Assembly: GCA_042091225.1 (NCBI GenBank)
Contig: JBELHW010000007.1
Span: forward strand, 1-59,151
Direction of reading: 5' to 3'
Length of the DNA: 59,151 nt
Source: Cryomorphaceae bacterium
Lineage (GTDB): Bacteria > Bacteroidota > Bacteroidia > Flavobacteriales > UBA7312
Shown here one piece after another: positions 38,025-48,427 of this stretch (position 1 is its first letter; each line of letters starts with the position of its first letter). A program made the translations under genes and the position numbers. The notes under the pieces were generated by a model that ran no database searches, was not told where the DNA came from, and saw only the letters and a program-made list of their open reading frames with translations.

Positions 38025-40616
38025 TTATTGTTTGCTTTGATAAAACTCTTTAAATTTTAACAAATATTTGTCCACTTCTTTTGATTGATAAAATAATGGA
38101 AAGTTAGACTGAGAAATAACGAAAGACTGGTAATTGTCTCCGAAAGGTCCTCTTGCGTCACCCGTCTGAAAAGCATTGTAATAAATCATTGCTTTTTTTG
38201 CATTTTCGAACTGCCTAACGGTAATCATATTGGTTTCTTTATCTAGCAATATGGAGCTAACATTTAATTTTTCTAAGCTGTAAAACTGGCTATGGTAATC
38301 GGAAAGCGTTGACTTAGCTATGTTTAAAGTTAGGTCAAATTCTTTAAAAAGTAAGATGAAATAGTGGGGGCTGTCGGGCTCGTAACTATAAATATCTTTA
38401 TTTTGGCTATCCGAACCATCCTTGTCGGATAGTTCTGTTTGAAACTGGTCTAATATGTCTTGTGCCGAAACAGCAACCTCATGATTGGGGTGGTTCTCTA
38501 TTACTTTTTGTAATAACAATATCATTTTATTTTTGCCTTGCACATGTCCGCTTGCCAAAGCATGTAACAAATCAAAGCGAGGGCTTAAAAGATTTCCTTT
38601 ATGGTTTGTGTTGGCAGAGACACAGTCGCTAACCACCTGCTTATATTGACCTAAAAGGTACTTTTGGTAGGTGCTTTCGTATAAAACATCGATAGTCGGC
38701 TTTGATTGCTGTAATATTTCCAGATAGGACTTGTCGCTAATAATTTTTGCATAATCGCTTTGAGGGAAAAGCTCTAGCAATAGCTCCTTATATTTTGATG
38801 CTTCTTTTTTCTTCTCTAAACTTAAATTGAGTCGATACAAGAAGTACAATACCTTTACTTGATTATCGTTTTTAGGAAAACGTTGATTAAGCTCCTCAAA
38901 AGTTTGTAAAGACAGAGGAAGGTCTTCTAAATCTTCTTTATAAATAATTGCCGCACTGTAATAAGATTCTATTATTTTTTTATTGGAGGCCTTAATTTGT
39001 TCTACCGTTAGCGGTAATTGAGCAATATAAGACTCTCTATTGTTTGGGTCAAACTCCTCTTCTAATTCTTGGTCTGACTCTAAATCTTCTATTCCGAAGC
39101 TTTTTTTGTTAGACCTTCTCCAATTATCCTCTAGTTTTCTCTTTCCCCATTTGCGTCCGAACTCGGAGAAACCAAAACTTAAAGTGGTAGGGTTGTAAAA
39201 ATACCAAACACCTCCTCTAGATTGTGATTGATTAAAACGGTTGTTTGTTCTGGAGTTTTGATTGCCGTTTAAAAAAGCGCTTTCATTTTTGTTCGATTGT
39301 GCTTGTTGCTTCTCTAACCTTTCCTGCTCTTTTAATTTAGCAATAAGGCCATCAATAAAGCTATTTCTTTGGCTTTCAGGCATGGCTGCTATTTTTTGTA
39401 GGCTATCCTCTCTTGAAACTATATCTAGGTTCTCAATTAAAAGACTTAATGTGGTTTGTCTTTTCTGAGCACTCTTATATTTGGGATTTTGACTGTCCAT
39501 GTAAGCAACCGCCGTATCGTAATAAGATTGAGAGGGTCTGTAAAGCTTATCGTCATAAAAAATTTCTCCTAAAATAAGGCTAGAAAGGGCTTTTTGGGCG
39601 TCATTATCTATACTTTTGGCCACAGAAAGTTTATATAAATTAATGGCTTGCTTTTGTTGTTGTTGCCTAAACTTTAACTCTGCAAGACCAAAGTAAATAA
39701 CATCAAGATATTCTTTGTTCTTTTTGTCTTTTATCATTTTGTTTAACTCCGACTCAATCTCCTGATTATTACCCTGAGCAACATCATAAGACCTTGCTAG
39801 ATTAATTTTAGCGTTGAACTCAAAGTCGTAACTAGGCCCTTTCTTTACAACTGACTTAAAATAATTGCTAGATTGAGCGTAGTCTTCTAGTTCATAATAA
39901 ATTTGAGCAAGGATGTAGGATAGTCTTACTTTTTCTTTTTTCTTTTCCGATTGCGACAGTGCTTGCTTAAGCTCTTCTATACAAGATCTGAGTTCTCCTT
40001 GTTGAAAATAATAATCTGCATAAACTAAGGAAAGGTCTTTGTTTAGCGACATTGGGAAGTCTTGATCGTTAATAAGTTGATCAATTACTATTTCTGCCGA
40101 AACATAATCTTTTTTCAATACATATGTTCTAGCTAAATTAATACTTGCTTGGTAGGCGGTTTTTAATCCTTCAAATTGTTTGGCTGTAAAACTATAGGCT
40201 TCAATCGCTTTTATAAAATCGAGCTTATACAAATAAGCGTTTCCTATTAGTAGATATGTTTCGTCTATTGACTTGTTATGCTCTGTGCCCTTTATTAAAA
40301 TTGAGTGTTTCGCAATTGCAGAGGCTCCCTTTTTAATAGCGCGATCCATAGAAGACGAAATAGACTGAACTTCGTTTTGTGAGGGTAAAATAAAAATAGG
40401 TAATATTTGGTTAAAGTCTTCTTTTTTAGACTCTTCCAACTTCTTAACCCCAGCCTTAAAGCTTTCATTTCCGTTAAAATACCAATTATATTTTGTAGTC
40501 GTATGGTGGTAAGTTCGAGTAAAAAAAGTGCTTTTTCTAGTAGAGCATGAAGGCAGTGCTACAATAGAAAAAAGTGCTAAAACAATAAATAAATTAGAAA
40601 TAGTATTTTTTAACAT
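38025..40616 (-). CDS. porW: T9SS TPR lipoprotein PorW/SprE
   Basis: Lipobox then 'CSTRKSTFFTRTYHHTTTKYNWYFNG', TPRs, 'WYFYNP...F..KWGKRKLEDNWR'. Confidence 0.8.
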   Translation of the reverse strand: MLKNTISNLFIVLALFSIVALPSCSTRKSTFFTRTYHHTTTKYNWYFNGNESFKAGVKKLEESKKEDFNQILPIFILPSQNEVQSISSSMDRAIKKGASAIAKHSILIKGTEHNKSIDETYLLIGNAYLYKLDFIKAIEAYSFTAKQFEGLKTAYQASINLARTYVLKKDYVSAEIVIDQLINDQDFPMSLNKDLSLVYADYYFQQGELRSCIEELKQALSQSEKKKEKVRLSYILAQIYYELEDYAQSSNYFKSVVKKGPSYDFEFNAKINLARSYDVAQGNNQEIESELNKMIKDKKNKEYLDVIYFGLAELKFRQQQQKQAINLYKLSVAKSIDNDAQKALSSLILGEIFYDDKLYRPSQSYYDTAVAYMDSQNPKYKSAQKRQTTLSLLIENLDIVSREDSLQKIAAMPESQRNSFIDGLIAKLKEQERLEKQQAQSNKNESAFLNGNQNSRTNNRFNQSQSRGGVWYFYNPTTLSFGFSEFGRKWGKRKLEDNWRRSNKKSFGIEDLESDQELEEEFDPNNRESYIAQLPLTVEQIKASNKKIIESYYSAAIIYKEDLEDLPLSLQTFEELNQRFPKNDNQVKVLYFLYRLNLSLEKKKEASKYKELLLELFPQSDYAKIISDKSYLEILQQSKPTIDVLYESTYQKYLLGQYKQVVSDCVSANTNHKGNLLSPRFDLLHALASGHVQGKNKMILLLQKVIENHPNHEVAVSAQDILDQFQTELSDKDGSDSQNKDIYSYEPDSPHYFILLFKEFDLTLNIAKSTLSDYHSQFYSLEKLNVSSILLDKETNMITVRQFENAKKAMIYYNAFQTGDARGPFGDNYQSFVISQSNFPLFYQSKEVDKYLLKFKEFYQSKQ

Positions 40617-40711
40617 CTTAACGATAACTTTGTAGTTGCAAAATTATTTTATTTTATTAAACAAAAGTAAAAAGAGATTGACATAAAATTTTGGATATTT
40701 GCTAACTAAAT

Positions 40712-41575
40712 ATGACTGAGAAAGAAAAAAGAACTTTTTGGGAAAAATGGAAGGCGAAATATCGCCTAGTGATTCTCAACAGCGAAAATTTTGAAGAAAG
40801 ATTATCGTTTAAGATTTCCAGAGTTGGAGTTTTTCTATTTGTTTTAAGCTCTATGCTAGTTTTAATAGGAGGTACTAGTGCTATTATTTCATTCACTCCA
40901 ATTAGAGAATACATCCCTGGCTACACAAGTTCGGACATAAGGCAAAAGGTGTTGCAGCTAAACGAAATGTCCGATTCTTTGATTTTAGAACTCGATCAAA
41001 ACAAAAAATACCTTGAAAATATTAAAAATATTATAAGAGGAAATCCTTTAGAAAAAAGTTTAGCAGACACCATAATTAACCAAGATTATAAGCAAAGTAT
41101 CGTCTTTGAAAAAACTCAAGAAGACTCTCTTTTAAGGGCTCAAATCGAGAACGAAGAAAAGTTTAATATTTTTTCAAATAAAAGCAAGGAAAGCAAAGAA
41201 ATATATAACGAATTGTTTTTTAAACCAATAGAAGGTATTGTTATTGCTGGTTTCGACCTTGAAAAAAACCATCTGGGTATAGATGTCGTTTCTAAAGAAA
41301 ATGAGCTTGTAAAAGCCACCCTAGCTGGTGTAGTAATGTTTTCTAATTGGACGTCGGAAACAGGAAACATCATTGCTGTTGTCCATAAAAATAATCTCGT
41401 TTCTATTTACAAACATAATTCTGTACTATTAAAAAAAGAGGGAGAAACGGTGAAGGTAGGAGAGCCAATTGCAATAATAGGAAACTCGGGAAAATGGTCG
41501 AGCGGACCACACCTTCATTTCGAACTATGGTATAAGGGAGAGGCTATAAATCCACAACAATACATTCTTTTTTAA
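40712..41575 (+). CDS. M23 family metallopeptidase
   Basis: 'HLGIDV', 'YKHNS', 'GPHLHFELW'. Confidence 0.92.
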   Translation: MTEKEKRTFWEKWKAKYRLVILNSENFEERLSFKISRVGVFLFVLSSMLVLIGGTSAIISFTPIREYIPGYTSSDIRQKVLQLNEMSDSLILELDQNKKYLENIKNIIRGNPLEKSLADTIINQDYKQSIVFEKTQEDSLLRAQIENEEKFNIFSNKSKESKEIYNELFFKPIEGIVIAGFDLEKNHLGIDVVSKENELVKATLAGVVMFSNWTSETGNIIAVVHKNNLVSIYKHNSVLLKKEGETVKVGEPIAIIGNSGKWSSGPHLHFELWYKGEAINPQQYILF

Positions 41576-43066
41576 ATGGGATTAGTTGCAAAATTAAGCT
41601 TGTGGTACTCCAAAAAGGTACATAATGAGAACGAAAAGTGGATTAAAAACCCAATCGATTATCAAGCAAGAGTACTTAAGGGACTTATTACAGAAGGCAA
41701 AAAAACACAATTCGGTATAGACCATAATTTTAAAAACATAAAAAACTATCAAGATTTTAAAAAGGCTGTTTCTATTTCGGATTATGAAGATTTAAAGCCA
41801 TATATAAATAAGGTTCTAGAGGGAAAAGAAAATATTTTATGGCCAGGTAAACCACTCTATTTTTGTAAAACGTCAGGGACAACTTCTGGTGTAAAATACA
41901 TTCCTATTTCTAAACAATCTATGCCTTATCACCTCAAGTGTGCTAAAGATGCAATTCTGAACTATATTTACGAAACAAAAAAAACAAGTTTTCTCGATGG
42001 AAAAAACATGTTTATACAAGGAAGCCCAGTTTTAGATTTTAGTAAAAAAATTCCTATTGGGAGGCTTTCCGGAATTGTTGCCCACCACTTGCCTTGGTAT
42101 TTAAAATCGAACAACCTTCCTTCTTATCAAACTAACTGCATAGATGATTGGGAAGATAAAGTTGATAAAATAGTGGAAGAAACTATTGATAAAAATATGG
42201 GTATAATTAGCGGTATTCCTCCTTGGGTGCAGATGTATTTTGAAAAAATCTGTTCTATTCGTAAACAAAGCATTTCCCAAGTGTTTCCTAATTTTAGTCT
42301 TTTTATTTATGGTGGAGTAAATTTTGAACCTTATAAAAAACGCTTTTTTGACCTAATCGGCAAAGAAGTAGCAAGTATAGAAACCTATCCTGCATCAGAG
42401 GGTTTTATTGCCTATCAAAACAAACAAAACGACGAAGGTTTACTCTTGTGCTTAAATCACGGCATTTTTTACGAATTTATTGAAGCCCAAAGTTATTTTG
42501 ACGAAAAGCCTACTAGGATTGACTTAAGCCAAGTAGAACTAGGCGTTAATTATGCAATCATACTAAACACAAACGCTGGTTTGTGGGGCTATAGCATAGG
42601 AGATACCGTAAAGTTTGTTTCAAAAAATCCTTATAAAATTGTTGTAAGTGGGCGAATAAAACACTTTACATCTGCTTTTGGCGAACACGTTATTGGTAAA
42701 GAGGTAGAAGAAGGATTAAAACAATCTTGCTTAGAATTAAAAATAGGAATAAACGAATTCCACGTCGCCCCACAAATCAATCCGAATAATGGCTTGCCCT
42801 TTCATGAGTGGCTAATAGAGTTTGATCAATTACCAAAAAACATGGACAAATTTGCTAGCTTGCTAGACCAAAATATGAGAAAACAAAACAGCTATTATAA
42901 CGACTTAATTGAAGGCAATGTGTTGCGGCCGCTTTTAATTACTTCTATAAAAAAAGGCGGTTTTAATTCGTACATGAAGTCTGTTGGCAAGCTCGGGGGC
43001 CAAAATAAAGTTCCTAGGCTATCTAATGATAGAAAAATTGCCGACACATTAATTCAACACACATGA
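41576..43066 (+). CDS. GH3 auxin-responsive-like acyl-adenylate ligase family protein
   Basis: 'TSGTTSGVKYIP', 'YPASEGF', 'YSIGDTVKF', 'GGQNKVPRL'. Confidence 0.9.
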   Translation: MGLVAKLSLWYSKKVHNENEKWIKNPIDYQARVLKGLITEGKKTQFGIDHNFKNIKNYQDFKKAVSISDYEDLKPYINKVLEGKENILWPGKPLYFCKTSGTTSGVKYIPISKQSMPYHLKCAKDAILNYIYETKKTSFLDGKNMFIQGSPVLDFSKKIPIGRLSGIVAHHLPWYLKSNNLPSYQTNCIDDWEDKVDKIVEETIDKNMGIISGIPPWVQMYFEKICSIRKQSISQVFPNFSLFIYGGVNFEPYKKRFFDLIGKEVASIETYPASEGFIAYQNKQNDEGLLLCLNHGIFYEFIEAQSYFDEKPTRIDLSQVELGVNYAIILNTNAGLWGYSIGDTVKFVSKNPYKIVVSGRIKHFTSAFGEHVIGKEVEEGLKQSCLELKIGINEFHVAPQINPNNGLPFHEWLIEFDQLPKNMDKFASLLDQNMRKQNSYYNDLIEGNVLRPLLITSIKKGGFNSYMKSVGKLGGQNKVPRLSNDRKIADTLIQHT

Positions 43067-44223
43067 CAAATAAGAAAAAAAGAATTGCAATATTAGGCTC
43101 AACAGGATCGATTGGCACACAAGCTTTAGACGTTATAAAAAGCCATCCTGACTTGTTTGAGGTTGAGGTTTTAACAGCAAACAGAAACAGTGATTTATTA
43201 ATAGAACAATCTATCGCATTTAAGCCTAATTGTGTTGTTATAGTTGATCAATCAAAGTTTAAAGAAGTTCAAGCAGCCCTAGACCCACACCATATAAAAG
43301 TGTATGCTGGTAAGGACGCCTTAGCTCAGGTAGTTGAAATGGATAGCATTGATTTGGTGCTAGCTGCTCTTGTTGGTTATTCGGGGCTTAAGCCTACCAT
43401 AAACGCAATTAAGAACAAAAAACAGATTGGCTTAGCAAACAAAGAGACTTTGGTGGTTGCTGGTTCTCTAATTACTAATCTCTGTAAACAATTCGGAGTA
43501 AATATTTTGCCGGTAGACTCTGAACATTCTGCAATATTCCAATGCTTGGTTGGAGAGTATCAAAACCCAATAGAAAAAATTTATCTGACTGCCTCAGGAG
43601 GGCCGTTTAGAGGTTGGGATAGAGAAAAATTGGCTAAGGTAACTAAAGAGCAGGCCCTTAAACACCCCAATTGGGAAATGGGTGCGAAAATTACTATAGA
43701 TTCAGCTACCTTAATGAATAAAGGCTTGGAGGTTATTGAAGCAAAATGGTTGTTTGATTTAAAGCCAGAACAAATTGATGTAATTGTACACCCTCAGTCT
43801 ATTGTTCACTCTATAGTCCAGTTTGAGGATGGCTCAATGAAAGCACAAATGGGCTTGCCTGACATGAAATTGCCAATACAATATGCGCTTGCTTACCCAA
43901 ACAGAATAGCTAATAAATTTGAAAGATTTAATTTTATGGATTACCCCTCTCTGACGTTCGAAAAAGCAGACAGCAATACATTTAGAAACTTATCGTTAGC
44001 CTATTATTCTATGCAAAAAGGAGGAAATAGCGCTTGTATATTAAATGCTGCAAACGAAATAGTTGTAGACGCCTTTCTAAAAGACAAAATAGGTTTTTTA
44101 CAAATGTCTGATGTGGTGGAAAATTGCTTAGAAAAAGCTACTTTTGTGCCCAATCCGAATTACGAAGATTTTGTTAGTTCTGACCAAGAAAGTCGTCAGA
44201 TTACACAACAATTAATTAAATAA
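43063..44223 (+). CDS. dxr: 1-deoxy-D-xylulose-5-phosphate reductoisomerase
   Basis: 'LGSTGSIGTQ', 'LANKE', 'PVDSEHSAIFQ', 'TIDSATLMNKGLE'. Confidence 0.98.
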   Translation: MTNKKKRIAILGSTGSIGTQALDVIKSHPDLFEVEVLTANRNSDLLIEQSIAFKPNCVVIVDQSKFKEVQAALDPHHIKVYAGKDALAQVVEMDSIDLVLAALVGYSGLKPTINAIKNKKQIGLANKETLVVAGSLITNLCKQFGVNILPVDSEHSAIFQCLVGEYQNPIEKIYLTASGGPFRGWDREKLAKVTKEQALKHPNWEMGAKITIDSATLMNKGLEVIEAKWLFDLKPEQIDVIVHPQSIVHSIVQFEDGSMKAQMGLPDMKLPIQYALAYPNRIANKFERFNFMDYPSLTFEKADSNTFRNLSLAYYSMQKGGNSACILNAANEIVVDAFLKDKIGFLQMSDVVENCLEKATFVPNPNYEDFVSSDQESRQITQQLIK

Positions 44224-44225
44224 AA

Positions 44226-45560
44226 ATGGAACTACCTGTTGTTATAATTAAAGGAGCTCAATTATTACTTAGCTTATCTATTTTGGTTGTCTTACATGAA
44301 TTAGGGCATTTTATACCTGCTAAATTATTTAAAACTAAAGTAGAGAAGTTTTATTTGTTTTTTGACCCTTGGTTTTCGGTTGTAAAGAAAAAAATTGGCG
44401 ATACCGAATACGGAATTGGTTGGCTTCCTTTGGGTGGTTATGTAAAAATTGCCGGAATGATAGACGAGTCTATGGACAAAGAGCAAATGGAAAAACCACC
44501 TCAACCGTGGGAGTTTCGTTCTAAGCCAGCTTGGCAAAGGCTAATTATTATGTTGGGAGGGGTTTCCGTAAATGTTATCTTGGCTTTTGTTATTTACTTT
44601 TTTGGCTTGTTTGCTTATGGTGATAAATATTTACCAGCTCAAAATGCAGAATCTGGCATCTATTGCGACTCCTTGGGTTTAGTTGCTGGTTTTCAGAATG
44701 GCGATATTTTATATTCTTTTGACGGACTTAAATTAGAAAAGTTTGCTCACGAAAACGGCGCCCTTCATAAAGAAGTGATAGAAAAATTAATCCTTAACGA
44801 CGCCAATGTAGTTACTGTTAAAAGAGGGGCTAAAAAATTAGATATTTCAATCTCTGAAGAAGTCAAGCTGGCTATGTTAAATAAAAATCGACTATTTAGC
44901 CCAAACATCCCTTTTGTAATTGATGGTTTTTCCGATGGTTCCGTTTTAGAAAATTCAGGAGCTAAAAAAGGCGACAAAATTTTACGCATTAACAATAAGG
45001 ATATGTTTTATGCGGGAGACGTAATAAAACACGTTCCTACTCTAATGGGAGACTCTATTAAAGTAGTTGTCGAAAGGCAAAACCAAGAGCTTGAGTTTAA
45101 TCTGTTTTTAGAAAACGAAAGACTTGGAATTTTATTGACGCCTTTTTCTCAACAATTTGATTTAAAAGAAGAAAGGTACACGCTTTTATCTGCCTTTCCT
45201 GCGGCTATTTCAAAAACAAACTCTGAAATAGGAAATTACTTTAAGCAATTTAAGCTAATTAAAAAATCTCCTGATTCGGTAGGTGGTTTTATAAGCATTG
45301 GAGGCATCTTCCCTAACAAATGGAACTGGCAAAATTTTTGGGAAATCACCGCACTATTGTCTATTATGCTAGCGGTACTAAACCTGTTGCCAATACCTGC
45401 CCTAGATGGTGGACACGTAATGTTTTTACTTTATGAAGTAATAACAGGAAGAAAGCCACATGAAAAAGTAATGGAGGTTGCTCAAACTATTGGAATCATT
45501 ATTTTAATGGGTCTGGTGCTTTATGCAAACGGAAACGATATATTTAAACTTTTATCTTAG
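44226..45560 (+). CDS. rseP: RIP metalloprotease RseP
   Basis: 'HELGH', 'PLGGYVK', PDZ region, 'NLLPIPALDGGH'. Confidence 0.95.
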   Translation: MELPVVIIKGAQLLLSLSILVVLHELGHFIPAKLFKTKVEKFYLFFDPWFSVVKKKIGDTEYGIGWLPLGGYVKIAGMIDESMDKEQMEKPPQPWEFRSKPAWQRLIIMLGGVSVNVILAFVIYFFGLFAYGDKYLPAQNAESGIYCDSLGLVAGFQNGDILYSFDGLKLEKFAHENGALHKEVIEKLILNDANVVTVKRGAKKLDISISEEVKLAMLNKNRLFSPNIPFVIDGFSDGSVLENSGAKKGDKILRINNKDMFYAGDVIKHVPTLMGDSIKVVVERQNQELEFNLFLENERLGILLTPFSQQFDLKEERYTLLSAFPAAISKTNSEIGNYFKQFKLIKKSPDSVGGFISIGGIFPNKWNWQNFWEITALLSIMLAVLNLLPIPALDGGHVMFLLYEVITGRKPHEKVMEVAQTIGIIILMGLVLYANGNDIFKLLS

Positions 45561-45589
45561 CAATATAAACGAACTAAAATCTTAAACAA

Positions 45590-47134
45590 ATGTCTCAAAA
45601 TTTCGGAATTGAACAAACCCTAAAAGACTTAGGCTTAAAAGAAGTTAACAACGGAACCTCAACGGGTGCTACTAATTTTTCCAACGGAGAAATTATTGAA
45701 AGTTATTCGCCTGTAGACGGAAAATTAATAGGAAAAGTAAGGGCTTCTACTAGAGAAGATTACGAGAAGGTTATTGCTGTTGCTTCTGAAGCTTTTAAAA
45801 CATTTAGAGACATTCCCGCACCTCAAAGAGGAGAAATTGTTCGTCAATTTGGTAACAAGCTTAGAGAGCTAAAAGAGCCTTTAGGAAAGTTAGTTTCTTA
45901 CGAAATGGGTAAGTCTTTGCAAGAAGGATATGGAGAGGTACAAGAAATGATTGATATTTGCGACTTCGCAGTAGGTTTGTCTAGGCAACTAAATGGACAA
46001 ACAATTCCTTCAGAGCGTCCCGGCCATGTTATGCGAGAACAATGGCACCCGATAGGTATTGTTGGTATTATTTCTGCTTTCAACTTTCCGGTGGCTGTTT
46101 GGGCCTGGAATACTGCTTTAGCTTGGATATGTGGAGACGTATGTGTGTGGAAAGGTTCTGAAAAAGCACCATTATGTGCTGTTGCCTGTCAAAACATAAT
46201 TGCACAAATATTAAAAGAAAACAATTTACCAGAAGGAATTTCTTGTATAGTTAACGGTGATTACAAGGTTGGTGAAATGATGACTACCGACAACAGAATT
46301 CCTTTAGTGTCTGCTACAGGCTCAACAAGAATGGGTAGAATTGTAGGTGCAACTGTGGCGCAGAGATTCGGCAAATCCTTATTAGAACTAGGGGGAAACA
46401 ACGCTATTATTATTACTCCTTCGGCCGATTTGAAGGTAGTGGTTCCTGGGGCCGTTTTTGGCGCGGTTGGAACCTGTGGTCAGCGATGTACCTCGACTAG
46501 AAGATTAATTATTCACGAATCGGTTTACGATAAAGTAAAAGATGCAATTGCAGGGGCTTATGGCCAGCTTACTATTGGAAACCCATTAGATGAAAAAAAT
46601 CATATAGGACCTCTTATTGATCATGATGCTGTAAACACTTATTTAGATGCTATCGAAAAAGCCAAGTCTGAGGGTGGAAACGTTTTGGTTGACGGCGGTG
46701 TTTTGCAAGGAGAAGGGTATGAAAGTGGTTGTTATGTTAAACCTGCTATTATTGAGGCTGAAAATCATTATGAGATTGTCCAGCACGAAACATTTGCTCC
46801 TATTTTATACCTTATAAAATACTCTGGGCAAATAGAAAGTGCTATAGAAAAACAAAACGGAGTGGCTCAAGGATTGTCTTCGGCAATTATGACAAACGAA
46901 CTAAAAGAGGCGGAAAAATTCTTGTCTTATGCTGGTTCTGACTGCGGAATAGCTAACGTTAATATAGGTACTTCAGGCGCTGAGATTGGCGGTGCTTTTG
47001 GTGGCGAAAAAGAAACTGGTGGCGGAAGAGAGTCTGGGTCTGACGCCTGGAAGGTTTACATGAGAAGACAAACCAACACTATTAATTACTCTGACCAACT
47101 TCCGTTAGCTCAAGGAATTAAATTTGATTTATAA
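45590..47134 (+). CDS. amaB: ALDH7/antiquitin-type aldehyde dehydrogenase (aminoadipate-semialdehyde / P6C dehydrogenase)
   Basis: 'IISAFNFPVAVW', 'LLELGGNNA', catalytic 'GQRCT', family-7 tail 'GTSGAEIGGAFGGEKETGGGRESGSDAWK.YMRR...LPLAQGIKF'. Confidence 0.88.
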   Translation: MSQNFGIEQTLKDLGLKEVNNGTSTGATNFSNGEIIESYSPVDGKLIGKVRASTREDYEKVIAVASEAFKTFRDIPAPQRGEIVRQFGNKLRELKEPLGKLVSYEMGKSLQEGYGEVQEMIDICDFAVGLSRQLNGQTIPSERPGHVMREQWHPIGIVGIISAFNFPVAVWAWNTALAWICGDVCVWKGSEKAPLCAVACQNIIAQILKENNLPEGISCIVNGDYKVGEMMTTDNRIPLVSATGSTRMGRIVGATVAQRFGKSLLELGGNNAIIITPSADLKVVVPGAVFGAVGTCGQRCTSTRRLIIHESVYDKVKDAIAGAYGQLTIGNPLDEKNHIGPLIDHDAVNTYLDAIEKAKSEGGNVLVDGGVLQGEGYESGCYVKPAIIEAENHYEIVQHETFAPILYLIKYSGQIESAIEKQNGVAQGLSSAIMTNELKEAEKFLSYAGSDCGIANVNIGTSGAEIGGAFGGEKETGGGRESGSDAWKVYMRRQTNTINYSDQLPLAQGIKFDL

Positions 47135-47148
47135 ACCTTTTTTCTTGT

Positions 47149-47156
47149 TATCTTTG
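47149..47156 (+). promoter_or_regulatory. -7 box (TATCTTTG) for the cytochrome c / DUF5777 cluster
   Basis: Exact TAnnTTTG match just upstream of the start codon. Confidence 0.6.
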
Positions 47157-47173
47157 TACCAAAGCAAGTGTAT

Positions 47174-47554
47174 ATGAAGTTATTTTGTGTTTTCTTTATT
47201 TTACTTCTCAGCCTCAGCATAAGCGCTCAAGACAAATGGGTAGCTCCGCCAGAGGCAAAAGAAATCGTAAACGTTTATTCTGAAAACGATATTGCTACTC
47301 AAAAAGGAGCTAAACTATATCAAAAGCTTTGCTGGACTTGTCATGGTAAAAGCGGCCAAGGAGACGGCCCTGCTGGTGGCGGTTTAAAACCTAAACCAAA
47401 AAACTTTTCTTTAGACGAAGTTCAAAACCAAACAGATGGAGAGTTATTCTGGAAATTGTCCAACGGCAAAGGCATGATGATTCCTTATAAACACTCCTTA
47501 ACAAAAGATCAAAGGTGGCAACTTATAAACTTTATTCGATCGCTTAAAAAGTAG
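47174..47554 (+). CDS. Periplasmic monoheme cytochrome c
   Basis: Signal peptide, CWTCH, 'G.GDGP', 'DGELFWK...GMM' axial Met; alternative GTG start at 47168. Confidence 0.9.
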   Translation: MKLFCVFFILLLSLSISAQDKWVAPPEAKEIVNVYSENDIATQKGAKLYQKLCWTCHGKSGQGDGPAGGGLKPKPKNFSLDEVQNQTDGELFWKLSNGKGMMIPYKHSLTKDQRWQLINFIRSLKK

Positions 47555-47557
47555 CCT

Positions 47558-48418
47558 ATGAAACTGTTCTACTCTTTTTTAATCGCATCAATGAGCCTTA
47601 GCGCCTTGGCTCAAGAGTATGTGAACCCATTTAAAAACAAGCAGCTTATAAACGCTCAAACCACGGTTATTCCCGAAGGTTTTGATTTTACGATTATGCA
47701 TAGGTTTGGTAAAATTGGGCTTAACGATGAGTTTTACAAGCAGTTTTTAGGCTTTGATCTTCCTGCTAACGTTAGATTTTCCTTGTCCTATAAATTATCA
47801 GACCGTTCTTACATAGGTGTAGGCAGAACTAAGGTTGGTAAAACAGTAGATATTGAAGGTAAATATGTTTTTTTAAAACAAACAGACAATAACAGCATGC
47901 CTATTTCTGTTGCTCTATACAACAACACAGGACTTAATACGGACGCATACAGAGGAGAAAGTCCGGTTGCTTTTTTCGGAGACAGCATTAGCCCATTTGA
48001 AAATAAATTTGTTCACCGCCTAAGCTACAACACCCAGTTGATTATTGCTAGAAAATTCAACGACAGAATATCGCTACAATTGTCACCAACGCTTGTATAC
48101 AAAAACCTGGTGGAAGGGATGGAAGAATCGCACCATACATTCGTTTTGCCATTTAGTGGTAGGTACCAATATTCGTTTGGGAGTGCTATTTTATTCGAAT
48201 ACGCCTATAAACTAAATAATACTTCTGAAGATAATTTAGACAACCCGTTTTCAATTGGTTTTGAATTTGGAACAGCCGGACACGTTTTTCAAGTATTTCT
48301 AAGTAATAGCTATTACATTAGAGAAACAAACATATATACCGAAGAGCCGTATAATTTTTATGACAGACCTAACGAGTTTGTTTTGGGCTTTAACATTAGA
48401 AGGGTTTGGTGGTTTTAA
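47558..48418 (+). CDS. DUF5777-like outer-membrane beta-barrel protein
   Basis: Signal peptide, 'F...LINAQT', 'IMHRFG', 'QLIIARKF', 'TAGHVFQ', terminal 'GFNIRRVWWF'. Confidence 0.8.
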   Translation: MKLFYSFLIASMSLSALAQEYVNPFKNKQLINAQTTVIPEGFDFTIMHRFGKIGLNDEFYKQFLGFDLPANVRFSLSYKLSDRSYIGVGRTKVGKTVDIEGKYVFLKQTDNNSMPISVALYNNTGLNTDAYRGESPVAFFGDSISPFENKFVHRLSYNTQLIIARKFNDRISLQLSPTLVYKNLVEGMEESHHTFVLPFSGRYQYSFGSAILFEYAYKLNNTSEDNLDNPFSIGFEFGTAGHVFQVFLSNSYYIRETNIYTEEPYNFYDRPNEFVLGFNIRRVWWF

Positions 48419-48427
48419 TAAAGTAAA

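Noticed and set aside
41576-43066. GH3 'auxin-responsive' gene as a plant-derived novelty
   Set aside because: GH3-like genes are widespread in Bacteroidota; nothing here indicates recent transfer
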